From NCBI GenBank assembly GCA_036517155.1, contig DATDXY010000001.1:6510-70509 (forward strand): 64,000 nucleotides of DNA. Direction: 5' to 3'. The notes beneath the pieces are model-generated. The model did not search any database. It was not told the DNA's origin and saw only the letters and a list, made by a program, of their open reading frames with translations. Positions 17,649-25,731 of this stretch are shown piece after piece. How positions within the stretch are numbered: position 1 is the first letter of the stretch; every line of letters begins with the position of its first letter. A program made the translations under genes and the position numbers. The stretch comes from Minisyncoccota bacterium (GTDB lineage Bacteria; Patescibacteriota; Minisyncoccia; UBA6257; 02-FULL-45-10c).

Positions 17649-17876
17649 TTATTTAACTTTTTCTACGCCAAGGACATTCTTTTTATTTCGTTCACTGAAT
17701 ACAAAAATATATAAAATATCCAATATCGCGAGGGTTTGCAGCAGCAAAAGCGCGATAAACCACTTTTGTTGGCTTTTCCGCGCCGCTTTCCATAATGCCA
17801 TTCCTTTCCATGGCAATGTCCACAATAACAACGCGGCAAGCGCTAATTGTTCCCCGTTGGAAAGTGTTTCGTACAT
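17649..17876 (-). CDS. Small membrane protein.
   Basis: 75 aa, two hydrophobic helices. Confidence 0.3.
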   Translation of the reverse strand: MYETLSNGEQLALAALLLWTLPWKGMALWKAARKSQQKWFIALLLLQTLAILDILYIFVFSERNKKNVLGVEKVK

Positions 17877-17880
17877 ATCT

Positions 17881-18081
17881 TTATAATCCTAAATTACTGT
17901 AATTAATGGTTTTCATAAATTGCGGAATCGCGAACACCAAGCCGATGATCGGCAAAACAATCACCGCCAAACTGATGATTAAAGTCCATAAAAAATACTT
18001 ACGAGTTTTTTCTACCGAACGGTACACATAATCCACTTTTTGCTCCATAGCGGCCAATCGGTCAGACAGTTCTTTATCCAT
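17881..18081 (-). CDS. Small membrane protein.
   Basis: 66 aa, one TM helix. Confidence 0.3.
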   Translation of the reverse strand: MDKELSDRLAAMEQKVDYVYRSVEKTRKYFLWTLIISLAVIVLPIIGLVFAIPQFMKTINYSNLGL

Positions 18082-18089
18082 AGATCTTA

Positions 18090-18875
18090 TTGTATCATAA
18101 TACTATTATGACTTACACGCTGGTATCGTGGAATGTAAATGGCGTTCGCGCGGCAGAGAAAAAGGGCTTTCTAAAGTGGCTGCTCAAAACCAATTACGAC
18201 ATTGTGAATATTCAAGAGACGAAAGCGCACGTGGAACAACTGCCCAATACGCTGATTCATCCGGATGGTTATGAATCCTATTGGAATTCCGCCGAACGCA
18301 AGGGTTACAGCGGCGTCGCAACCTATACAAAGGCATCGCCGATTCTTTCCATATCCAATTTCGGCAATAAAATATTAGATGGCGAAGGCCGGATTTTACT
18401 TTCCGAATATGAAGAGTTTTATCTTTTCAATGTATATTTTCCCAATGGCGGTCAGGGGCCGGAACGATTGAAATTCAAATTGAAATTCTATGAGGCATTT
18501 CTCAAGTTAATAGAAAAGTTCCGAGAGAAAAAACCGGTGGTTTTTTGCGGTGATGTGAATACCGCCCATCAGCCGATTGATTTGGCGCGACCGAAAGAAA
18601 ATGAAAATAGTTCCGGTTTTCTCTCTATTGAGAGAAAATGGATTGATAAAGTGATTGCCACTGGATACATAGATACTTTTCGCTTATTGGAAAAAGGCGG
18701 TCAACACTATACTTGGTGGGATTACAAGACTTTTGCCCGCGATCGGAATATCGGCTGGCGGATTGATTATTTTTTTGTCAGCAAAGAATTACAGAAACGC
18801 GTGAAACGCGCGTGGATTGAGCCAAAAATCATTGGCTCGGATCACTGTCCAGTGGGATTAGAAATTAACTTTTAA
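18090..18875 (+). CDS. xth: Exodeoxyribonuclease III / AP endonuclease.
   Basis: LVSWNVNGVRA...DIVNIQETKA and C-terminal SDHCPV motif. Confidence 0.85.
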   Translation: MYHNTIMTYTLVSWNVNGVRAAEKKGFLKWLLKTNYDIVNIQETKAHVEQLPNTLIHPDGYESYWNSAERKGYSGVATYTKASPILSISNFGNKILDGEGRILLSEYEEFYLFNVYFPNGGQGPERLKFKLKFYEAFLKLIEKFREKKPVVFCGDVNTAHQPIDLARPKENENSSGFLSIERKWIDKVIATGYIDTFRLLEKGGQHYTWWDYKTFARDRNIGWRIDYFFVSKELQKRVKRAWIEPKIIGSDHCPVGLEINF

Positions 18876-18878
18876 CGC

Positions 18879-20114
18879 ATGCCATATAATAATCGCCAAT
18901 CGTTTACGTTGCTGGAGTTGCTGATTGTTATTGGAATTTTGGGTATTCTGGGAATTATTGTCGTTTTGGTGCTAAATCCGGCGGCCCTCTTTTCTCAAGC
19001 GAGAGACGCTAATCGGATATCGGAAATACTAAGTATCAATAAAGCGATTAAAATTTATCAAACCTTAGGCGGAACTACTGGTGGGGTATCAGATACCGTA
19101 TACATCTCTATTCCCAGTAATTCCGCGACGTGCGTCGGTTTGAATTTGCCTACTTTGCCTGCTGGTTGGTCATACCAATGCCAAACTCAAGATAATTTCC
19201 GAAAAATGAATGGTACGGGTTGGATTCCGATTAATTTCACTACTATCTCCGCTGGATCGCCTTTCGCTACTCTGCCGATTGATCCGATCAATGACGCAAC
19301 AAAAAATCTGTACTATGCCTATATAGACGGCGGTGGAGTCGTTCCAAGTTATGAAATTCTCGCTACCTTAGAATCGGAAAAATATCTTCAAGACAGCTCC
19401 TCCAAAGATGGCGGTACCGATCCAACGAAATATGAAGAAGGAACTAATTTAATTTTATGGGCCGAGGCCTCCGGTTTGCTTGGTTATTGGCCATTTGACG
19501 GCAATGCCCAAGACAGCTCCGGTAACGGATACCATGGTTCAATTATTGATGTTGGACCGCCATCGCCAACTTTTATAACCGGACAAATAAACCAAGGACT
19601 TAACTTACCAGGAATATTCTCCCGAGTCGATGCTGGACAGTCCTTGCCCATTCTTGGCCTAACAAAGGCCACGGCATCTTTCTGGATTAAATTTAATACT
19701 TTGCCAAGCATTGCCGGGAATCCTTTTGCTCTTATGGGGCGTTGGACTGGTAACGATGCAAGTCGAGTATTTGGGATTTTTATTCGAGATCCAAACACAA
19801 CAGCAATGGCAACCGATAATCCAACTCAAAAGATTTCTTATCTAGCCATTCCCACCCTCCAAACCGGACAATGGTACCATTTTGCTTATACTTATAATGC
19901 CGGTAATGGTAACTTTTATATTGATGGTGAAAATATCGGCGCTTTTTCCGGCCTAGACGCATCATTACGAATTTCTGCCCCTAGCAGTAGCTTCACTATT
20001 GGCGCTGATTCCGAGCCATATGGACCATCTAATGCGACTTTTGACGATGCAAGATTCTATAACCGATTGATGACTGACCAAGAAATTCAATCGATATATT
20101 TGTCCGGAAAATAG
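18879..20114 (+). CDS. Type IV pilin-like protein fused to a LamG-like lectin domain (paralog of 4766..5989).
   Basis: RQSFTLLELLIVIGILGILG. LamG region GYWPFDGNAQDSSGNGYHGSI ... DDARFYNRLMTDQEIQSIY. Same architecture and length as the 4766 gene. Confidence 0.8.
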   Translation: MPYNNRQSFTLLELLIVIGILGILGIIVVLVLNPAALFSQARDANRISEILSINKAIKIYQTLGGTTGGVSDTVYISIPSNSATCVGLNLPTLPAGWSYQCQTQDNFRKMNGTGWIPINFTTISAGSPFATLPIDPINDATKNLYYAYIDGGGVVPSYEILATLESEKYLQDSSSKDGGTDPTKYEEGTNLILWAEASGLLGYWPFDGNAQDSSGNGYHGSIIDVGPPSPTFITGQINQGLNLPGIFSRVDAGQSLPILGLTKATASFWIKFNTLPSIAGNPFALMGRWTGNDASRVFGIFIRDPNTTAMATDNPTQKISYLAIPTLQTGQWYHFAYTYNAGNGNFYIDGENIGAFSGLDASLRISAPSSSFTIGADSEPYGPSNATFDDARFYNRLMTDQEIQSIYLSGK

Positions 20115-20123
20115 TTTTACAAG

Positions 20124-20158
20124 AAAATGCCCCCGATAAATATCGGAGGCATTTTTTT
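20124..20158. terminator. Bidirectional terminator hairpin.
   Basis: aaaATGCCCCCGATaaatATCGGAGGCATttttttt between convergent genes. Confidence 0.5.
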
Positions 20159-20170
20159 ATTCTTTCCAAT

Positions 20171-20932
20171 TTACAAATTCTGGCCCTGATCAATTAGCAA
20201 AGTATCACCGCTGGTCATGGTATTCGTACACGCTCGCAATACCGACATTGTAAACTGCTGAACTGCTTCATCGTCAGTCATTGGCACTTTCAAGGGTGAT
20301 TCCTTCCTAACCTGTTGCCACTCCTCTTCTGGAATATGCGGCGGCCGCAAAATCGGACCGGGAGCAATAGAATGAGTATGAATCCCTCGCTCAGCTAACT
20401 CCACCGCAAGCACTTCAGTTAGATTCGCAGCCGCGCCTTTGGTGACCTGATATGGAATATATCCTTTATATTTCCGGCCAACATAGGTGCGGTCGGTAAT
20501 ATTCACGATATGCGAACCTTTCGGAAAATACGGCAATAATTGCTGCACCATCCAGAAAAAACCCAGAACGTGCACACCGAAATTTTCCAGCCATTCCGTT
20601 TCGTCAACCCGCTCAATGGCATTAGGTTTAAAAATTGACGCCATATTTACCAGAAAATTAATCTCCGGAAACTGCTTCGTAATTTCTGCCACCGCGCTTT
20701 GCACTGATTCTTGCTTACTAACATCCACCTGCACCGCCATCGCGCGTACACCTAATGATTTTGCCAAACTGACAATTGCTTCCGCCTCCGCCGCTGAACT
20801 GCGGTAGGTTGCGATAATATTCACTCCCTGTTCCGCTAACGCCCGCGCTACTGTTTGCCCGACTCGCTTGCCGCCGGTAATTACGGCAGTTTTATTTTTT
20901 AGCGTACTATAAACTTTTTCTAGAATTGTCAT
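20171..20932 (-). CDS. Short-chain dehydrogenase/reductase (SDR).
   Basis: TGGKRVGQTVA Rossmann motif and YQVTK catalytic YxxxK. Strong SD AGGAGGG. Confidence 0.8.
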   Translation of the reverse strand: MTILEKVYSTLKNKTAVITGGKRVGQTVARALAEQGVNIIATYRSSAAEAEAIVSLAKSLGVRAMAVQVDVSKQESVQSAVAEITKQFPEINFLVNMASIFKPNAIERVDETEWLENFGVHVLGFFWMVQQLLPYFPKGSHIVNITDRTYVGRKYKGYIPYQVTKGAAANLTEVLAVELAERGIHTHSIAPGPILRPPHIPEEEWQQVRKESPLKVPMTDDEAVQQFTMSVLRACTNTMTSGDTLLIDQGQNL

Positions 20933-21028
20933 AATTCCCTCCTGATTATTTAGAATCCATCTTAATCTGTTCCTAGCATATCATATCTTTTAAAAATAAA
21001 AAGCGGTCCAATATTCATCGGGCCGCTT

Positions 21029-21370
21029 TTAATTAAGATAGGTTCTAGATGGATTGAGAAAAGGAAGCAATTTCTCCACCGAATCCACCGTGTAATCAAA
21101 CTCTAATTGATGCAAGCATGCCGGGCATACAAATGCTCGGCGAAAGCCAGGCAATTCTCTGATTACACATTGTTGCGGACACAAAATCGTATCCAAACAA
21201 GACGGATCCAAACGAGTTACATCTAAACGGGAGATGTGGTAGATCGAAAATTGGCTTAAACTCATTTTGAACAATTCAATTTTGCTTTTGTTCCAAAACT
21301 GGTCCACTGCGTACAAAAGCCATGCGTCTTTCTGAGAAAGCAACATCAGGGCTTGGTTATCTAGATTCAT
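21029..21370 (-). CDS. Hypothetical Cys-cluster protein.
   Basis: CPQQC...CPAC motif. Strong SD AAGGAGGG. Confidence 0.35.
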   Translation of the reverse strand: MNLDNQALMLLSQKDAWLLYAVDQFWNKSKIELFKMSLSQFSIYHISRLDVTRLDPSCLDTILCPQQCVIRELPGFRRAFVCPACLHQLEFDYTVDSVEKLLPFLNPSRTYLN

Positions 21371-21443
21371 AATCCCTCCTTTAATTTAGAAGGCGTTATC
21401 AAGATGCTTTATTGAGCGTAGATAAAATTTTTCCAATAGTCAA

Positions 21444-22139
21444 TTATTTTATATATACCACGTCTTTCCTTTCTACTACGATTTCCCAACCGAATTTTTT
21501 CGCGCGCTGGTATAATTTTAAATTAGGATTGAAACAAATCGGCCGATCCACTAACTTTAAAAATGCAATGTCGCTTTCTGTATCGCCGACGCCAATGGAA
21601 TTTTTCAGCGTAAGATTTTCTTTTTCCAATGCCCGTTGTAAAATTTTTGCCTTATCGGAAATCATATCCAAATAAATAATTTCTCCGGTATAAGCGCCAT
21701 TCGGCCCGATTTCATACAATCGACCGTAAACTTTATCAAATCCATATCGCCGGCAGAATTCATCCAAAATTTCTTTAGGAGAATTAGAAATCGCCAGTAA
21801 AAAATAACCGCGTTGCTTCAAAGATCGGATTAAATCTCGCGTATAACGATAAACTCGATCTTGGTGAAAAGCGACAACTTTCTTTACTACTGCCGAAAAA
21901 TCTTTGTGCCGGATCCCCTTAAGGTACCGTAGAAAAACTTCAACTACCGCATCAATATACTTATCATAGCTATCTTTACGCTCCAACCAGGCCTGGTAAG
22001 CGTTCTGATACTGTTTTCTTGCCTTGGCTGGGAAAACCCCTTCTTGGATTAAACCGTCAGTAATTTCAATTAATAGGCTGGAGCGGAAGATGGTGCCGTC
22101 AATATCAAAAATGGCTACTTTTCGAGGTTTTTGAGGCAT
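21444..22139 (-). CDS. HAD-superfamily hydrolase (HAD-IB-like).
   Basis: Motif I IFDIDGTI. Cap and motif III/IV layout. Confidence 0.7.
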   Translation of the reverse strand: MPQKPRKVAIFDIDGTIFRSSLLIEITDGLIQEGVFPAKARKQYQNAYQAWLERKDSYDKYIDAVVEVFLRYLKGIRHKDFSAVVKKVVAFHQDRVYRYTRDLIRSLKQRGYFLLAISNSPKEILDEFCRRYGFDKVYGRLYEIGPNGAYTGEIIYLDMISDKAKILQRALEKENLTLKNSIGVGDTESDIAFLKLVDRPICFNPNLKLYQRAKKFGWEIVVERKDVVYIK

Positions 22140-22192
22140 ATTTCCCCATTATTTTAACCCCTCCCCGATAAAATAGCCATCATCTCTCGACC

Positions 22193-22222
22193 TATTGACA
22201 GATTATCTATTTTTGTGATATA
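22193..22222 (+). promoter_or_regulatory. Sigma-70-like promoter for the 3D-domain gene.
   Basis: TTGACA, 18-nt spacer, TATAAT. The ~70-nt leader holds two hairpins (CAUCCUC...GGGGGUG+U6, and CCCG-caga-CGGG). Confidence 0.4.
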
Positions 22223-22292
22223 ATATATGGTAAATAAGATACATCCTCGAAGGGGGTGTTTTTTATTAAATCCCGCAGACGGGGTAAATTAA

Positions 22293-22757
22293 ATGAAAAA
22301 ATATATGAATCAGAACAAATGGATCAAGGGCATTGCCAGCGGCGCCTTATCCTTAGTGCTTACTTTCAATACTCCGATTGCGGTAGCGAAAGATATCAGC
22401 GCTTTGGACAGTATCGAGTCGCTCATCGCGCAAACCTCAATTACTGCCGGAGCACCACTTCATAGCCGAGGCACAAAAATGACAGTCACTGTCACCGCCT
22501 ATTCTTCTACCGAAGACCAAACGGATGATTCTCCGTTTACCACTGCTTCTAATAAGCAAGTGACGGACGGCATCGTGGCGGCAAACTTTTTGCCTTTCGG
22601 CACTAAACTGCAAATTCCCAAGCTTTTCGGAGACAAGGTATTTGTTGTGGAAGATCGGATGCATAATCGTTTTGGCGATCGAGTGGATATCTGGTTCGCC
22701 GATCGAGATACTGCCACCAAATTTGGCAAACGCACCGCGGACATCGTAATCCTTTAA
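22293..22757 (+). CDS. Secreted 3D-domain protein (MltA/YocH-like cell-wall-binding or lytic domain).
   Basis: Signal peptide. VTVTAYSSTEDQTDDSPFTTAS...GIVAAN..LPFGTK....DRG..FGDRVDIW fits the 3D domain. Confidence 0.65.
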   Translation: MKKYMNQNKWIKGIASGALSLVLTFNTPIAVAKDISALDSIESLIAQTSITAGAPLHSRGTKMTVTVTAYSSTEDQTDDSPFTTASNKQVTDGIVAANFLPFGTKLQIPKLFGDKVFVVEDRMHNRFGDRVDIWFADRDTATKFGKRTADIVIL

Positions 22758-22763
22758 AATAAT

Positions 22764-22786
22764 AAAACCGCCCTAAAGGCGGTTTT
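22764..22786. terminator. Bidirectional terminator hairpin.
   Basis: AAAACCGCC-ctaaa-GGCGGTTTT flanked by A/T on both strands. Confidence 0.6.
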
Positions 22787-22791
22787 ATTAT

Positions 22792-23241
22792 TTATTCAAG
22801 AATTAATTCAATTTCATCTTTATCCCTCATTATATAATTTCCTAATGTGTCATTGGGAATACCATTGACTAACATCCTAATTTTTTCCCCCGATGCAATG
22901 CAAGTATCTACCAAACATTCCGATGTTAAAGATTTACCCCATACTTTGAAAAAATTTTCCAGGCGCAGATTACTTTCCCGTACAACACCGGAAAATTCCA
23001 AATGAATAATGTTGTCTAAATCATGGATATGGATTGCATTTTCCACTGGCTGTAATCCGACTCCTAATGGGATTATGACTTGTTGACCTCGAATTTTAAT
23101 AGATAGGTGCGGATGCCAATGGATACCAGTGCGAGAAATCATCCCAGGACCAATATCCGCAGAACGATTCCAGATCATTATGCCAACTAATAACGCTATA
23201 AATGCAATAGAAAGCGTCCAGCCATTTACTATTTTTGCCAT
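22792..23241 (-). CDS. Membrane-anchored hypothetical protein, His-rich (HWHPH...HIHD).
   Basis: N-terminal TM helix. No family recognised. Confidence 0.35.
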   Translation of the reverse strand: MAKIVNGWTLSIAFIALLVGIMIWNRSADIGPGMISRTGIHWHPHLSIKIRGQQVIIPLGVGLQPVENAIHIHDLDNIIHLEFSGVVRESNLRLENFFKVWGKSLTSECLVDTCIASGEKIRMLVNGIPNDTLGNYIMRDKDEIELILE

Positions 23242-23313
23242 ATTGAAATTGATTGTATCATATTTTTCCTAATTTTAAACTAAAAACCATCCTCGCGGAT
23301 GGTTTTAGTTGTC

Positions 23314-23538
23314 TTATCGAGGCATCATTGGGCCGCTCATGCTTCCCGCGCTGCATTCCTTGCAGTTATTCTTGTGGGTTGCGACCTCATAAATTGCCGC
23401 TAAACCAACCAAGATATAAATAATTTGAGAAATTGCCGGACTTAAAAACTCGCCAATTCCAAAATTAAATGCGGTTGCCAACCAATTCAAGCCACCAATC
23501 ACTAACAAAATAAAAGAAATTTGATGTACAATCTTCAT
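23314..23538 (-). CDS. DUF378-family small membrane protein.
   Basis: ILLVIGGLNWLATAFNFGIGEF pattern typical of DUF378. Start taken at MKIVHQ. Confidence 0.5.
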   Translation of the reverse strand: MKIVHQISFILLVIGGLNWLATAFNFGIGEFLSPAISQIIYILVGLAAIYEVATHKNNCKECSAGSMSGPMMPR

Positions 23539-23599
23539 AAGATTACGTTTATTACACAAAACTCGACCTTTATACAAAGCTTACCTATAGTATATCATA

Positions 23600-23986
23600 C
23601 TAACTAAACCATTCTCGGATGGATTTCGGCCAACCCCGAAGCAATAACAACGAAAGCGGCGCTCCCCAATTCGCCCAGCGTTCAATGAAATCCCATATTG
23701 GTTCCCCCACTAAAGGGCGAACCAGCGCTGTCCAGAATCCCCAAAAAGCTGCCCACAAAAGCACGGCCTGAATTGGTTTTATCAATACAATCAGCGCTAT
23801 CAAGATATCTACCAATCCCACCACAAATATAAATGTTGTGGCAAATGAAATATCCATTCCGGTCAGCTGGCTCACCCAGCCAATCCACTGTTTCTTTCCT
23901 TGCAATGCAAAAACGCCATGCCCGATAAACTCTCCAGCCACCGCAATCCGCAACACCCACTGAATAAGTTTTGAATTATCAATCAT
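23600..23986 (-). CDS. Polytopic membrane protein (DoxX-like).
   Basis: 128 aa, 4 TM helices. Confidence 0.35.
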   Translation of the reverse strand: MIDNSKLIQWVLRIAVAGEFIGHGVFALQGKKQWIGWVSQLTGMDISFATTFIFVVGLVDILIALIVLIKPIQAVLLWAAFWGFWTALVRPLVGEPIWDFIERWANWGAPLSLLLLRGWPKSIREWFS

Positions 23987-24013
23987 AAGATTTAATATTA
24001 ATTTTATCTTTAT

Positions 24014-24493
24014 TTAACCAAGCAATTTCCGCAGCACCGGAAAACGGGAACAAATTGGCAGATTACTGCACCAAGTTTCCAATCCCCAAACTCTACCGGC
24101 GGAAAATGCCGTCAAGATGAGCAATGCCATGATATACATAATGTGTTCATCCACAATATAGGCGTGCGCATTCGGATACGGAAAATCCAAGATCACCAGA
24201 TAATACATCGCCATCAAGAATATTCCGCCAACCGAACCGAGCCGCACGAATAGGCCCAGCACCAAAGCAATCCCTAACAAGGTCAATCCCCAGGCATTTA
24301 AGAAATTGATAATTGGCAATATATTCGGTTGCAGCAGCCAATTATAAAAATCAACGAAATTTTTTGCACCCCGAATATAACCGCCGGCCGACCAAGCCGG
24401 ATTCATTACTTTCGTGATGCCGGCATAGAAAAAAAGCGATCCCATAGCAATCCGAAGCAGAAATAACGAAATTTTTTGAAATTGAGTATACAT
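24014..24493 (-). CDS. DoxX-family membrane protein.
   Basis: LLRIAMGSLFFYAGITKV N-terminal DoxX motif, 4 TM helices. Confidence 0.5.
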   Translation of the reverse strand: MYTQFQKISLFLLRIAMGSLFFYAGITKVMNPAWSAGGYIRGAKNFVDFYNWLLQPNILPIINFLNAWGLTLLGIALVLGLFVRLGSVGGIFLMAMYYLVILDFPYPNAHAYIVDEHIMYIMALLILTAFSAGRVWGLETWCSNLPICSRFPVLRKLLG

Positions 24494-24520
24494 ATTTATT
24501 TTATTTTAATCGCGACCTTT

Positions 24521-25723
24521 TTATTCGGAATCATAAATTCTAATTAACTCATTAAATTTAATTAGTCGCTCCTTTATTGGCGCCCCTATTTTTACGCCAT
24601 GGGCTCCGCTAGCTTTCGCTAGTTGAATAATAAATGAATCTTCGGTCTCGCCAGAACGGTGGGATATGATTGTTTTTATATTATGGTTTTTTGCTTTCCG
24701 GATTGCATCGCAGGTTTCACTAACGGTTCCAATTTGATTCGGCTTAATAATCACGCCGTTGATTAACTGATCTTTCGCATATTGCTCAATTAAAGACCCA
24801 TTGGTAGTGGTTAAATCGTCCCCAACTATCAATTTATTTTTTACTTGGGACATCAGCAATCGGAAACCCTCATAGTCCTTTTCCGCAAATGGATCTTCCA
24901 GAGAAACCAATAAATTGGATTTCTTTGCATAACTTACATAGATTGCAACCAATTGATTGCTAGTCAATAATTTCCCGCCAAACTGATATTTTCCTTTTTT
25001 ATAAAAACTGGAAGCAGCACAATCTAAACCGATTGACCATTCTTGATTTAAGTTTTCTTTTTGAAGCAGTGTTTCTAAAATTTTAATTGGTTCAAAATTA
25101 TCGGTAAAATCCAGCGAGTAACCGCCTTCATCACCAATTGGTAAATTTTTTACTTTGTATCTCTTTTTTAATACTTCCCCTAGTTTTTTATAAAAAGCCG
25201 TGAGTTTTCCAACGGTTTCACTGAAAGAATGGGAAGATCTGGCCACTACCATATATTCTTGAATGGCCAAATTATTCTGAGCGTGTTCGCCACCGTTAAT
25301 TAAATTAGAAAAAATAATCGGTTTTCCCAAAAATGTTTGGCTGCCAAAAAACTCCCGATTCAAATACACCTCTACGCTTTGTCTTTTGAAATCTGCCATT
25401 GCTCGAGCAAAAGCAATAGAAATTCCCAATAACACGTTACCTCCTAATTTGGATTTATTATTCGTTCCGTCTAATTTTTTTAAGAAATCGTCTAACTCTT
25501 GGACAGAGGAAAAATTTCGATTCTGAATTTGTTTTTGAATGACAGCGACTACAGTTTCCGCTTGCGCATATTCCAATACTACCGCCTCATTACTGCCCCG
25601 GCTCTTTCCGGAGGGCACCGATCCCTGAAATATTCGTCCGGATTCACTGGTTAATTCCATTTCAATAGTTGCCTGGCCGCGGGAATCAAAAATTTTTCGG
25701 ATAGCAAGTTGTTGGATTTTCAT
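24521..25723 (-). CDS. eno: Enolase (phosphopyruvate hydratase).
   Basis: SHRSGETEDSFIIQLAKASG signature, IFDSRGQATIEMEL N-terminus. Confidence 0.9.
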   Translation of the reverse strand: MKIQQLAIRKIFDSRGQATIEMELTSESGRIFQGSVPSGKSRGSNEAVVLEYAQAETVVAVIQKQIQNRNFSSVQELDDFLKKLDGTNNKSKLGGNVLLGISIAFARAMADFKRQSVEVYLNREFFGSQTFLGKPIIFSNLINGGEHAQNNLAIQEYMVVARSSHSFSETVGKLTAFYKKLGEVLKKRYKVKNLPIGDEGGYSLDFTDNFEPIKILETLLQKENLNQEWSIGLDCAASSFYKKGKYQFGGKLLTSNQLVAIYVSYAKKSNLLVSLEDPFAEKDYEGFRLLMSQVKNKLIVGDDLTTTNGSLIEQYAKDQLINGVIIKPNQIGTVSETCDAIRKAKNHNIKTIISHRSGETEDSFIIQLAKASGAHGVKIGAPIKERLIKFNELIRIYDSE

Positions 25724-25731
25724 ATCATTAA

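Noticed and set aside
22223-22292. Possible c-di-AMP (ydaO-type) riboswitch upstream of the 3D-domain cell-wall gene.
   Set aside because: The leader is only ~70 nt with two simple hairpins. That is too short for the ~130-nt ydaO pseudo-two-fold architecture, so I interpret it as a simple attenuator or terminator.
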